A stretch of 64,000 bases of DNA, taken from contig CBDESU010000002.1 in NCBI GenBank assembly GCA_965242695.1, forward strand, positions 608,001 to 672,000, read 5' to 3'. This DNA comes from Cenarchaeum sp. GTDB lineage: Archaea > Thermoproteota > Nitrososphaeria > Nitrososphaerales > Nitrosopumilaceae. The translations under genes and the position numbers were made by a program. Below the pieces are notes generated by a model that saw only the letters and a program-made list of their open reading frames with translations, was not told where the DNA came from and made no database searches. Below, one piece after another: positions 1 to 8,808 of this stretch (the stretch's first letter is position 1; each line of letters starts with the position of its first letter).

Positions 1-1
1 C

Positions 2-190
2 TACCGCTGCGTCGTCCTGGCCAAGATGGGCCGCGTGGAAAAGGCCGCCGAGGCGCTTGACGAGGCCGGGCGGATCCAGCCGGACCACGAAGGGATCGCC
101 GAGGCCCGGGACATGCTACGGGCGGCGGCCGGCGGGAAGCAGGAGGGAGCGCGGCGGGGGAAGAAGGGGCAGAACAGGCGGCGCGGCTAG
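2..190 (+). CDS. 3' end of a probable TPR-repeat protein (partial, runs in from the window edge)
   Basis: Frame 2 reads YRCVVLAKMGRVEKAAEALDEAGRIQPDHEGIAEARDML...RRRG* (TAG 188-190). It has a TPR-like helix pattern and a basic tail like the TPR genes at 12.2-14.1 kb. Confidence 0.5.
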   Translation, partial: YRCVVLAKMGRVEKAAEALDEAGRIQPDHEGIAEARDMLRAAAGGKQEGARRGKKGQNRRRG

Positions 191-580
191 CGGCGCATGC
201 TGCAGGCCATCTGCCAGTGCGGCCAAGATGCCGCATCAAAGGGCGCATCGCCGGATTCAGGCGGCGGCTTCGAATGCTGGCCGCGGCGCAGGCCGTCCTG
301 CACAATGCCGCGCATTCTGCGCCGCAATGCCAGAGGCTCGCGCGCCTGCATCCATGGCCCGGGCCGGCCGGCCACACGCGCATTGCTCGCTGTCCGCACA
401 GGTTCGGCTGGCGCGGGCGATAAAGAGGGGCCCGGCGGTCCTAGTGGCAGGCGCCCTTCAGCCGGAATAATCCCGGCGGTCCCCAACTCCTACTCTGGGC
501 GCCCCCGGCGCTAGGCGGCCGCGGCGGGCTACAGGCGGCGCGCGGCGCGCGGCACGGCGGCGGCGGGGCAGGCGGCATCT

Positions 581-3016
581 TCACTCCTCGTCCGCTGCGC
601 GGACGATACGCGCCATGCCGGGCAGGGTGCGGTCGTACGACGCAGGCAGGCACGACTTGGCCACCACGGCCATGGCCATCCCAAACTTGTCGTCGTAGTT
701 CTCGTCTCCGCGAAGGTCGCGATCGAGCAGCAGCGAGGCAACGTACACGCTAAAGCCGAACCGGTTCTTTGCCTCGGCGGGGTCGGCATCGGTGTGGCTT
801 TTGACGAACTCCACTAGGTAGCGGCAGTCCTCGTTGATCAGGATCGCATCGGACTTGACCTTGCTCACGCTCTCCTCGCCCCACTCCTGCGATTCCCACT
901 GGTCGCGCGCGACCCAGCGCAGCTCCGGCACGTTGACGCCCGCATCCTTGTCAGGATCGTCGCCGGGGCCGTCACCGCTGCCGCCGTCTGCCCCGGCCGT
1001 ATTGCCCTCTCTGGGGGCGCCATAGTACAGCTGCACAATGCACCGCAGCGGCATGGCGTTGGGCCGCGTCAGGGCAACGATCAGCTCGCCGGCATCTCCG
1101 AACTGCGCCCCCTTTGAGCGGATCTTGACGCGCACGACCCCGTCGTACGGCTCGTGGCAAGAGCCGTCGGATGCATCCGGAAACTGGGAAATCAGCTCGC
1201 CGGCATCTGCCTCGCGCGTCGTGTAGTCGTTGGGCGCATCCGTCTCCAAGTACACGTACGATGTGCCACCATCGTGGGGTATCTGCTTTCTAACAACGGC
1301 CGGCTCTTCGCCGCCAGGCGCCCCACGCACGCGCAGATACGTGGGCATGTAGCTTGGCATGAACTCGGGGGCGGGGCCGCCTCCGTCCCCGCCGCCTCCG
1401 TCCCCGCCGCCTCCGTCCCCGCCGCCTCCGTCCCCGCCGCCTCCGTCCCCGCCGCCTCCGTCCCCGCCGCCTTCTACTGCGGTGCCCCCCGCCTTGAGCA
1501 GCTCGGCTATGTAGGGGTTCCTGCGCACGGCGTTGACGATCGCCTGGTCCATGGACTCGTCGTGCACCGAGGCCGAGTCGTCTAGGCTTTTGTACTCGGC
1601 GTCCAAGGCACGCAGCTGGTCGTCGTGCTTGAGATCATGCATGATGGCCTCCTCGAGGGCCTTGTAGTCGGCGGACTTGCGGACGCGATCCCTCGATGCC
1701 ATGAATATCTTCGTCTTTGTCGTCGGTATGCTGGTCAAGTCCATGTGGACCATCATGTGCGGCGCGAGCGACTCTAGGCCCGTCTCAGACTTCAGCCTAG
1801 CCTCGCTGATCGTTGCGTGCGTCTGGCCGTTTTGCGTTAGCATAACAGCCTCCGATTTAGAGCGGAACCTGCCAATGGGCGCGCCCTTGCCCCGGCCGGG
1901 CCCTCCGCCGCCGGCATCGCCGTACGTCAGCGCGTGCCGGAACACGGTCACTTCTATCAGGTGCTTGCCAAACCCGCTCAGCTTGAACTGTATCTCCCGC
2001 CGCAGGCGGACATGGTCGCCGCCGTCCCGCACCACGCGGCCCCGGTTTCCGTGCATGACGGTTCCGGCGCGTCGCGTCCTGTCGCGGTTCCCAAAGCACG
2101 TGCGCGCATCGACCATCATGATGGGCATCATCGGCGCGTACAGCCTAGAGCTGATCTCGCGGTGCAACGATGACGTGATGGCCGACTTGCCTGGCAGATC
2201 GTACCCGAACATCTTGATGTAGCATCCGTCCTCTAGCTGCTCCCCGCCCGGCAACAGGGGCAGCGGGCCCGCGGGCGCGGTCGGCACCGTCCCGCCAGGC
2301 ACTGCCAGAAACTCGTACCATGTGGTCTTGTTTCCCTCGGGCACGTCCGGCTTTTCCCGGACAAGGGTAAAGCCCCACTCGCCCGAACCGCCCTCGCCCG
2401 CCGCGAGATCGGCGCATCGGCGCGAGACGATCAACTCATACCCCGACGCGCAGAACGGCAAGACGCCCGTCCCGCCCATGTTGTACTTGCCCTGGACGAA
2501 CCTGATCGCATTCTTGTTGCCCCGCTGCAGCGAAAGAAGCGTGCTCTCGAAGTCCTCCGGCTTCTGCCCCTCGCCCCTGTCGGCCACCACTATGTTTGGC
2601 CTCTCCTTGGGGCCGTCGGCGATGATCATGACATCGCGCGCCATCGCGTCGACACGCTCCGGGGGCATCGCGTCAAAGTCGCCCCCCTCTATGCCGAGGT
2701 ATTTCTCGACTGCCTTGCGCATCGTGCGCGGGGATCTAGGGCCTTCGGGATCGTCGCCGGCAAGCCGGCAGGCCTTGAGTAGCACGTGATCCATCGAGTT
2801 GACGGGCTTTTCGCACAGGGCGTTGACGGGGTCGGATTGCTGGCTGTGGACGATGCCGTAGTTGGCCTTGCTGCCGCCGAGGGGCCGCCACTCCATAGCC
2901 CTGAAGAATGGATCCCCGAGCATCTCGGTGACCTCCTTCTCGTCGTGCGCGCCAGCCAGTCGCATGAGCATCTCCCTGCTGGCGGAGGGATCCGGGCGGG
3001 GCGGGGCGGCGGTCAT
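581..3016 (-). CDS. GHKL (HSP90/gyrase B/MutL/MORC-like) ATPase domain protein, 811 aa
   Basis: Bergerat-fold motifs ALCEKPVNSMD (ExxxN), VADRGEGQ (DxGxG) and QGKYNMGGTG. Long C-terminal region of unknown function. Confidence 0.8.
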   Translation of the reverse strand: MTAAPPRPDPSASREMLMRLAGAHDEKEVTEMLGDPFFRAMEWRPLGGSKANYGIVHSQQSDPVNALCEKPVNSMDHVLLKACRLAGDDPEGPRSPRTMRKAVEKYLGIEGGDFDAMPPERVDAMARDVMIIADGPKERPNIVVADRGEGQKPEDFESTLLSLQRGNKNAIRFVQGKYNMGGTGVLPFCASGYELIVSRRCADLAAGEGGSGEWGFTLVREKPDVPEGNKTTWYEFLAVPGGTVPTAPAGPLPLLPGGEQLEDGCYIKMFGYDLPGKSAITSSLHREISSRLYAPMMPIMMVDARTCFGNRDRTRRAGTVMHGNRGRVVRDGGDHVRLRREIQFKLSGFGKHLIEVTVFRHALTYGDAGGGGPGRGKGAPIGRFRSKSEAVMLTQNGQTHATISEARLKSETGLESLAPHMMVHMDLTSIPTTKTKIFMASRDRVRKSADYKALEEAIMHDLKHDDQLRALDAEYKSLDDSASVHDESMDQAIVNAVRRNPYIAELLKAGGTAVEGGGDGGGGDGGGGDGGGGDGGGGDGGGGDGGGPAPEFMPSYMPTYLRVRGAPGGEEPAVVRKQIPHDGGTSYVYLETDAPNDYTTREADAGELISQFPDASDGSCHEPYDGVVRVKIRSKGAQFGDAGELIVALTRPNAMPLRCIVQLYYGAPREGNTAGADGGSGDGPGDDPDKDAGVNVPELRWVARDQWESQEWGEESVSKVKSDAILINEDCRYLVEFVKSHTDADPAEAKNRFGFSVYVASLLLDRDLRGDENYDDKFGMAMAVVAKSCLPASYDRTLPGMARIVRAADEE
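1376..1472. repeat. 15-bp tandem repeat (gccgcctccgtcccc) x ~6.5, encoding a (GGGGD)n linker in the GHKL protein
   Basis: Read directly from the sequence. Confidence 0.95.
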
Positions 3017-3600
3017 GACAGCATCACGCTAGGCCGCCCCCGGAAGTCTTCGTATGGGCAGCAACCGCCCCGCGCGGCTGCCACGCCGCAGGCAACACGA
3101 CCGGGCGGGCGAGTGTGCAGGGAGGGCATGCCCCTGCTCGGCACCGCCGGCATCGCCCACATGTATGCAAACTTGGTGCGGGGAATGTCCCGGGCGCGGG
3201 AGCCGGGGGAGGGCCACGGCGCAACAAGTGAGCCGCGAACACCGGCGGCGGCGGGCGCGGCGACGGAAACACCCCGCCCGCGCACACCGCGCGCGGGCCC
3301 CCGTAGCGCCGCACAAGTCAGGCCCGCACTCGGGCCGTATAATTTGTTTGGAACGCGACGCGCGGCGGCGGGCGCGGGCCTAGTGCGCGGGGCGGCAGGT
3401 TGAATGGCAGATACTGCGCGGCGGGCGCACTCTTGGGCCGCATGCGCGCCAGACGAGGGGCGCCAATGCCAAGGCCTTGCCGCTCCTATCATACCTAAAT
3501 ACAGCCGCGCCTCTGTTCGCCCGTGAAGTGTCAGCGCAAAAAGCCGCAACGTCCCGTCCCCGCCCCACCGGCGCCCCGCACTAGGAGGGGAACCTAGACC

Positions 3601-4557
3601 TTGCCGCCGCGCCTCACCGCCAAGGAGCGGGCCAGAAGGGAGAAGGAGCGCGCCGCGGCCCGCAAGGCCGAGACAGAGAGGCGCCGCAAGGAGGCGGCCG
3701 AGCGCAGGGCCAACCTAAAGGCCGACAAGGGCGAGGTGCGCGGGCTGCTCGCGGGCGCGACGGCCGACCAGATGCGCCGCTTCCTCGAAAAGGAGATGGC
3801 CCGCGACGCTACCGTCCTGGACCGCTTCTCGCACGCAACGGGCATCACGCGCGCGCGCCGCACCGACTACCGGCCGCGCATAGCGGCCCTCTTCAGCAAG
3901 GCCGACTCGCAGGTCGAGGGCAGGGGCGGGGCCGACAAGGTCGACTTTGGCGGGATCACAAAGGCCGCAAAGGGGTTCGAAAAGGCCGGCGACAGGGACG
4001 AGGCGGCGAGGATATACATCCAGCTGTGCGATACCATATCCTCGCACATCAAGACGTCGTTCGACTCGGGCGGCCACTACGAGGCGTGGTACGCGCGGGC
4101 GGTGCGCATGCTAGGCGAGTGCGCCCGAAAGATGGACGACGAAAGGGCTCGGCGCGCCGTCCTCTCAAAAATGATCGACGTCTGCGTAAAGAACGACCCC
4201 GAAAACTACGATGAAGAGTACGACGATGCGCTGCTCGGCGCGCTGGCCAACACCGCCGATGCCGAGTACGTCGTCGGCGCCGTCGGCAAGATGCTCCCAA
4301 AGCGGGCGGCGGGAGGGAAAAGGAGGGGGTGGTCCGCGTCCGAGCACCGCGCGATGACGATCCTCAACCTGTACGGCAAGGCGCTCGCCGCCGCCGGCGA
4401 CGGCGAGGGGCTCGCAAAGTTTGCCACCAAGCACGGCAACCGGACGATAATGCTCCGCAACATAAACGAAAACCTCAAGGCGGCAAAGGACATGAAGCGG
4501 GCCATGGACAGGGCCGTGGCAAAGATGATGGCCGGTAGAAGGCGGCTGCCGCCGTAG
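3601..4557 (+). CDS. Alpha-helical hypothetical protein, resembling the region downstream of the SWIM finger in COG4715-type proteins
   Basis: 318-aa ORF. Segment MRRFLEKEMARDATVLDRF...TDYRPRI...VDFGGI...GDRDEAARIY aligns by eye with the ORF at 5796-6944. Confidence 0.6.
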   Translation: MPPRLTAKERARREKERAAARKAETERRRKEAAERRANLKADKGEVRGLLAGATADQMRRFLEKEMARDATVLDRFSHATGITRARRTDYRPRIAALFSKADSQVEGRGGADKVDFGGITKAAKGFEKAGDRDEAARIYIQLCDTISSHIKTSFDSGGHYEAWYARAVRMLGECARKMDDERARRAVLSKMIDVCVKNDPENYDEEYDDALLGALANTADAEYVVGAVGKMLPKRAAGGKRRGWSASEHRAMTILNLYGKALAAAGDGEGLAKFATKHGNRTIMLRNINENLKAAKDMKRAMDRAVAKMMAGRRRLPP

Positions 4558-4569
4558 GGGGCGCGCACA

Positions 4570-5799
4570 ATGCGCCGATCCGGGCGGCGGGAGCGGACGG
4601 CCCGGCCCGACTCGTCCCGAGCCCCGCATCCGGAGGAGGGAGGCGAGGCTGGGAAGCCGGCAAGTCGGCAGCCGCTCATCGTCCTCGACGGCCACGCCGC
4701 GGTGCAGGCCGCCGTCGGGCGAAGATACTCGTACTCGGGGGACCGCCTCATGCCCGGCCGCTTCTACGCGTACGTGGACGCCAACGCGGGCAGGATTGCG
4801 CTTACCGCCGGCGCAAGAAGCGGGGCGGACAGCAGGATACGGAGCCTGGGAGGCCCGAGGACCAAAAAGCGCACCGTGCTCGCCGAGGAAATCGACGCAA
4901 TGGCATCGGCCGACGCGTCCGGCCACGAGGCGTGGCTCGGCAGCATAGAGGCGATGCAGCGCGGGGCGGCCGGCGATCCGCAGTCTAGGACCGCCAGGAG
5001 GTGGATGAGGCTCAGGGAGGACTCGCTGCCCAGGATCATCCTGGGCGAGGATCGGCCGTGGACAGAGTGCCACATAGCCAAGCTCATGCACCCCGAGGCG
5101 TACATGGTCAAGAACTTGGACGACAAGGGGAGGGCCTACATGCTCGGCTGGCTGTACGACCATGCGGCATCCGCGCGCCTTGTCGCCGCCGAGGCGGCAA
5201 GGGTCGCCGAGGGAAGCGGCGGGAGGGGGGCCATACTCGTCGCCATGAACCCCGACATACTCGCGTTCGCCGGCGAGCTGGAGGCGGCGACAGGCGGCAG
5301 GCTGCGCGTCCTAGATGCGGACCGCGTCAGCCTCGGTCCCACCAAGAAGCAGAGGGCCGAGAGGGCCGAGCGCCTGCGCAGGCTGGTTCCCCGCAGGGGA
5401 CAGCCCCTTACGACGGCCGAGCTGAAGAGGCGGCTCGGGACCAAGAGGCTGGGGCGGCTCACGGCGATCAAAGGAGAGAAAATTGTCGTCATAGTGCGGG
5501 AGCGTGACGACGGACTGACGTACGCGAGGAAGGGGTTCGTCATGTGCGTCGGCGAGGGCGGCGAAAACCAGCAGATGGACAGGAACAACAAGGCCATCCG
5601 CGACGCGGGGCCCGAGGGGCACGACATACTGCTCTTTGAGCGCACCGATGCGGACAGGCTGGCCTTCGTGTCCCGCCTCGGGTACGTCTCGCACAGGATC
5701 AGGCGGGTCGGCGAGGAGGGCAGCCCCTTCGGCGGCAGGATCATCGTGTTCAAGCTCAAGAGGGTCGGCGGGGCCGCGGAGGGCGGAGGTCGCGACTAG
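4570..5799 (+). CDS. Protein with a C-terminal SRA-like (ScoMcrA/HNH-associated type) putative modified-DNA-binding domain
   Basis: C-terminus VGEGGENQQMDRNNKAIRD...DILLFERT...LGYVSH...RIIVFKLKRV resembles the G.G..GDQ.M...N.AI...LF...IVF.L pattern of this SRA subtype. Confidence 0.6.
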   Translation: MRRSGRRERTARPDSSRAPHPEEGGEAGKPASRQPLIVLDGHAAVQAAVGRRYSYSGDRLMPGRFYAYVDANAGRIALTAGARSGADSRIRSLGGPRTKKRTVLAEEIDAMASADASGHEAWLGSIEAMQRGAAGDPQSRTARRWMRLREDSLPRIILGEDRPWTECHIAKLMHPEAYMVKNLDDKGRAYMLGWLYDHAASARLVAAEAARVAEGSGGRGAILVAMNPDILAFAGELEAATGGRLRVLDADRVSLGPTKKQRAERAERLRRLVPRRGQPLTTAELKRRLGTKRLGRLTAIKGEKIVVIVRERDDGLTYARKGFVMCVGEGGENQQMDRNNKAIRDAGPEGHDILLFERTDADRLAFVSRLGYVSHRIRRVGEEGSPFGGRIIVFKLKRVGGAAEGGGRD

Positions 5800-6944
5800 C
5801 CGCGGCTGCGGCTGCGGGCGGCCGTCGTGCCCATCCCGCCTAGCCGTTCCATGAGGGCCCTGCGCCGGCCGTACCTGCGGCGCAGCCCGCTTGCGTACCT
5901 CTCAAGCCTTGGCTCTTGGCCGGGTATGCTGCGCATCCTGCGAAGGCATTCGCCCACGATGCGGTAGTCGCCGCCGCTTTTGCCCTCCTTTATTGCCCGC
6001 TCCGCTCTTTTCTTGTATGCGGCAAACAGGCGCTCCCCGTGCCTCGGCGTGGCTAGGGCGTCGTGGTACCGCCTAGGCAGGGCGCCGCGCCAGCGGGCGG
6101 AAAGCACTGTATCTGCCAGCTCGTCGACCATGCCCTCCCCGTGCAGCACCGCCGCAAGCAGATCCTCCCTGCCCTCCAAATCCCTGATCAGCTCGCACCT
6201 GTCGGCGGCCCAGAGCGGCGATCGCCTCTTCAGCTCGTCAAGGTGTTCCTGCGAGCCGGTCAGGACGAACATGCGGCGCAGAGAGGCGCGGTAGTCGGCG
6301 CCCGGCCTCGGGCAGAGCAAGAGCGCAAGCGACTGGACTTCTTTCGACTTGGGAAACCTCCGCGCCCCGTAGGCTGCGATCCGCCCGGCCTTGCCCGGGT
6401 CCCCGCCATCCTGCAGCCGCCGCAGGTATTCTGCGCAGATGCCGGCGCTCTGCGTGTACGTAGAGGCCAGCTGCAGGTCGCGGGCAGCAACGGCGCCTGC
6501 CTTTGCGCACCTCTTGGCCCCCGTGTTGCACTCGTCAAAGATCTCTTTGAACTCGCTTTCCCACTCATTAAAGGATGGCATGTTCTCATATAGAACCTCG
6601 GAGAGGTGCCGGTACAGCCGCTCTGCCTCGAGCAGGTTGCCCCTGCGCTCTAGCGTGCGCGCCTCGTCGAGCACGGGAGACAGGTCGAGGTCGGTTTCGG
6701 CGAACGACTCGACGTCGTAGCCCCCCATCATCTGCGAGACCTCAAGGGCCCTGTCAAACATGTCTCGGATGCGCCGGCGGTGGTCGGTCTCGACACGCCC
6801 CCTTGCCGCCTTGAACCTGTCAATGACGTCCGGATCGAGGGCCGCCTCGGCCCTTAGAAATTCGCGCACCTCGCCATCGGTGACGGCATACGAGGCGTCG
6901 TCCGCCGCCGCTTCCGTCGCCGTTGCGGCCCTGCGCCCTGCCAC
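5796..6944 (-). CDS. Alpha-helical hypothetical protein, paralogue of 3601-4557 (COG4715 C-terminal-like)
   Basis: EVREFLRAEAALDPDVIDRF...TDHRRRI...LDLSPVL...GNLLEAERLY and a C-terminal LRRRYGRRRALMERL. Start inferred at GTG 6944; the longer ORF-track start overlaps DUF5131. Confidence 0.6.
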   Translation of the reverse strand: MAGRRAATATEAAADDASYAVTDGEVREFLRAEAALDPDVIDRFKAARGRVETDHRRRIRDMFDRALEVSQMMGGYDVESFAETDLDLSPVLDEARTLERRGNLLEAERLYRHLSEVLYENMPSFNEWESEFKEIFDECNTGAKRCAKAGAVAARDLQLASTYTQSAGICAEYLRRLQDGGDPGKAGRIAAYGARRFPKSKEVQSLALLLCPRPGADYRASLRRMFVLTGSQEHLDELKRRSPLWAADRCELIRDLEGREDLLAAVLHGEGMVDELADTVLSARWRGALPRRYHDALATPRHGERLFAAYKKRAERAIKEGKSGGDYRIVGECLRRMRSIPGQEPRLERYASGLRRRYGRRRALMERLGGMGTTAARSRSRG

Positions 6945-7030
6945 GCAGCCGGCCGCGCCAGCCCTTGCAAAAAGTGTTGGCGCCGGGCGGGCCGCGCTGC
7001 CGCGAATCCCGTCTTGGCACAGAACGGGCA

Positions 7031-7855
7031 CTAGGACGCAGCCACAAGGGACGCATCGGGCGCCGCGCGCCCCGGCGCCCCGATGTACGACTCCATGGCC
7101 CTCTTTTCTGCCGGCGGCGCCTCGGGCACGGCGGGGTACTCGCTGTATTCCGCGCCGTGCACCAGGCGGCCGCCCGAGTGCGGCCTCGGCCCGCCCCACT
7201 GCTTGAAGAACACGGCCGCGCCGTCCCGCCTGCACATGCCGATGAGCGAGTCGACCCACTCTGGGCTGACGGGCCGGCGGCGCGGGCCGCTCTCGCCGCC
7301 GATGATGGCCCAGTCTATGCCGCGCAGGTCCGTTGCGCGGGGAATCTCGCCGATCAGCGGCTCGAAGCTTACGAACCGGACGTGGCACCGTACGCGGCGC
7401 AGCTCGTCGATGCGGCCTGCCGCGCGCCCGTCCTCGACGCTCGTCCCCAGCCACACGTGCGGCGGCACCCGAAACCCGCAGAGCGCCTCGAACCTGGCCG
7501 CAAACTCGGCCATCCGCGCCGGCCGCTTCGTGAGCACCTGGTACGTGTGCCAGCGGGCGCGGATCATCGTGTCAAAGCACCTGCCGACAAAGGCGTCGTC
7601 GGCCCGCTCGTGGAACAGGTCGGACATGCTGTTGACGAATATGCGGCGTGGGCGGCGCCAGCGCAGCGGGCGGTCCGCCTCCGAGTCGTGCTGCGCGAAC
7701 TCAAAGCCGGCCGCGTACTTTGCGACCCCCATGGCCCGCAGCCGCGACGACAGCGCGTCGGCGTAGCAGTTGGCGCACCCGGCCGAGACCTTTGAGCAGC
7801 CCGTCGTCGGGTTCCACGTCGACTCGGTCCACTCGATGCCGGTCGCGTCGGCCAT
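7031..7855 (-). CDS. DUF5131 / phage Gp37-Gp68 family radical-SAM-like protein
   Basis: IEWTESTWNPTTGCSKVSAGCANCYA (CX6CX2C), IFVNSMSDLFH, LTKRP, SFEPL, IIGGESG and FFKQWGG. Start taken as ATG 7855. Confidence 0.92.
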   Translation of the reverse strand: MADATGIEWTESTWNPTTGCSKVSAGCANCYADALSSRLRAMGVAKYAAGFEFAQHDSEADRPLRWRRPRRIFVNSMSDLFHERADDAFVGRCFDTMIRARWHTYQVLTKRPARMAEFAARFEALCGFRVPPHVWLGTSVEDGRAAGRIDELRRVRCHVRFVSFEPLIGEIPRATDLRGIDWAIIGGESGPRRRPVSPEWVDSLIGMCRRDGAAVFFKQWGGPRPHSGGRLVHGAEYSEYPAVPEAPPAEKRAMESYIGAPGRAAPDASLVAAS

Positions 7856-7935
7856 GCGGCGCCGCCGCGGCGCGGGCCATAAAGGTGGCGGCGGGCGCGG
7901 CCGGATACCGAAAGCCTCCGCATCCCGGCGCAGAT

Positions 7936-8682
7936 CTATCCGGTGTAGGCGCACATGCCCATCCGCGGCGAGTTTACCACCGGCAGGTAGACCGACGGGT
8001 CGGCCGGCTCGCCCTCGTGCTCGTGCCTTTTAGAGCACCTCTTGCACATCAGCGGGCTCTGATCGCCCCACACGCACTCTGTGCAGACCAGCGTGGCGGC
8101 CGCCTTGCCGCACGCGCCGCAGTCGAGCTTTAGCTTGCCGTTCCTTGCGACCACCTCCGCTGTCCGCACCATGCCGGCTGCCGAGCACATTCCGGCCGGC
8201 TTGACGACCAGCTCCGTCGTCGTGCCAAAGTCGTACTCGTAGCTGACGGTGCCGCTCTTGCCAATTACCGCCATTGCGTTCTCCTCCATCGTCTTTGTGT
8301 CCGGGCCGTCGCTTTCCTCCTTCATCACCATGTACGAGGTGCCCCGCACCTGGAACGCGCTATAGTGGCCGCAGCACTCCACCCACGTGTGCCTGATCAG
8401 GGCGTCGATGTCCCTGAGCGTGGCCGTCTTGTGGGCGCGGACGTACAGCCAGTACGTAGCGGGAATGTCGTTGGTGATCGCCAAGAGGAATGCGTCCTTG
8501 TCGGCGGCCTTTGCAGCCCTGGCGCCCCTGGCGGCCTTGGTACCCTTGGCGGCCTTGGTACCCTTGGCGGCCTTGGCCTTGGACGCCCCGCCGCCGGAAA
8601 AGTGCGCAAGAAGGTGGGTGCGCATCTTTTTGTCCGTGCTTTCTTCCCCCTTGCAGATGGCGCACTTGCCGGCCGTTGCCAC
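7936..8682 (-). CDS. pRiA4b ORF-3-like (IS1096 passenger TnpR / MM3350-like) protein with Zn-finger motifs
   Basis: TLRDIDALIRHTWVECCGHYSAF, YEYDFGTTT, CxxC pairs and VVNSPRMGMCAYTG. Contains an 18-bp KAAKGT repeat. Start inferred at GTG 8682. Confidence 0.75.
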   Translation of the reverse strand: MATAGKCAICKGEESTDKKMRTHLLAHFSGGGASKAKAAKGTKAAKGTKAARGARAAKAADKDAFLLAITNDIPATYWLYVRAHKTATLRDIDALIRHTWVECCGHYSAFQVRGTSYMVMKEESDGPDTKTMEENAMAVIGKSGTVSYEYDFGTTTELVVKPAGMCSAAGMVRTAEVVARNGKLKLDCGACGKAAATLVCTECVWGDQSPLMCKRCSKRHEHEGEPADPSVYLPVVNSPRMGMCAYTG

Positions 8683-8808
8683 GGGGAGCCGCCCGAGGGC
8701 CGTGATAAATAGATGCGGTCTCGGATCCGGCGCACGCGCGGCGGAGGCCAACAGGCTGAGGGGCCGCGCGCCCGCCGCGGCGGCGGCGCCCCGCGGCGCC
8801 CGCAGGGC

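Noticed and set aside
190-580. Small ORFs or an ncRNA between the TPR end and the GHKL gene
   Set aside because: No recognisable motif or tRNA-like fold.
3017-3600. ORF 3013-3549 (-) in the divergent intergenic region
   Set aside because: Low-complexity translation. The AT patches at about 3338 and 3490 fit promoters better.
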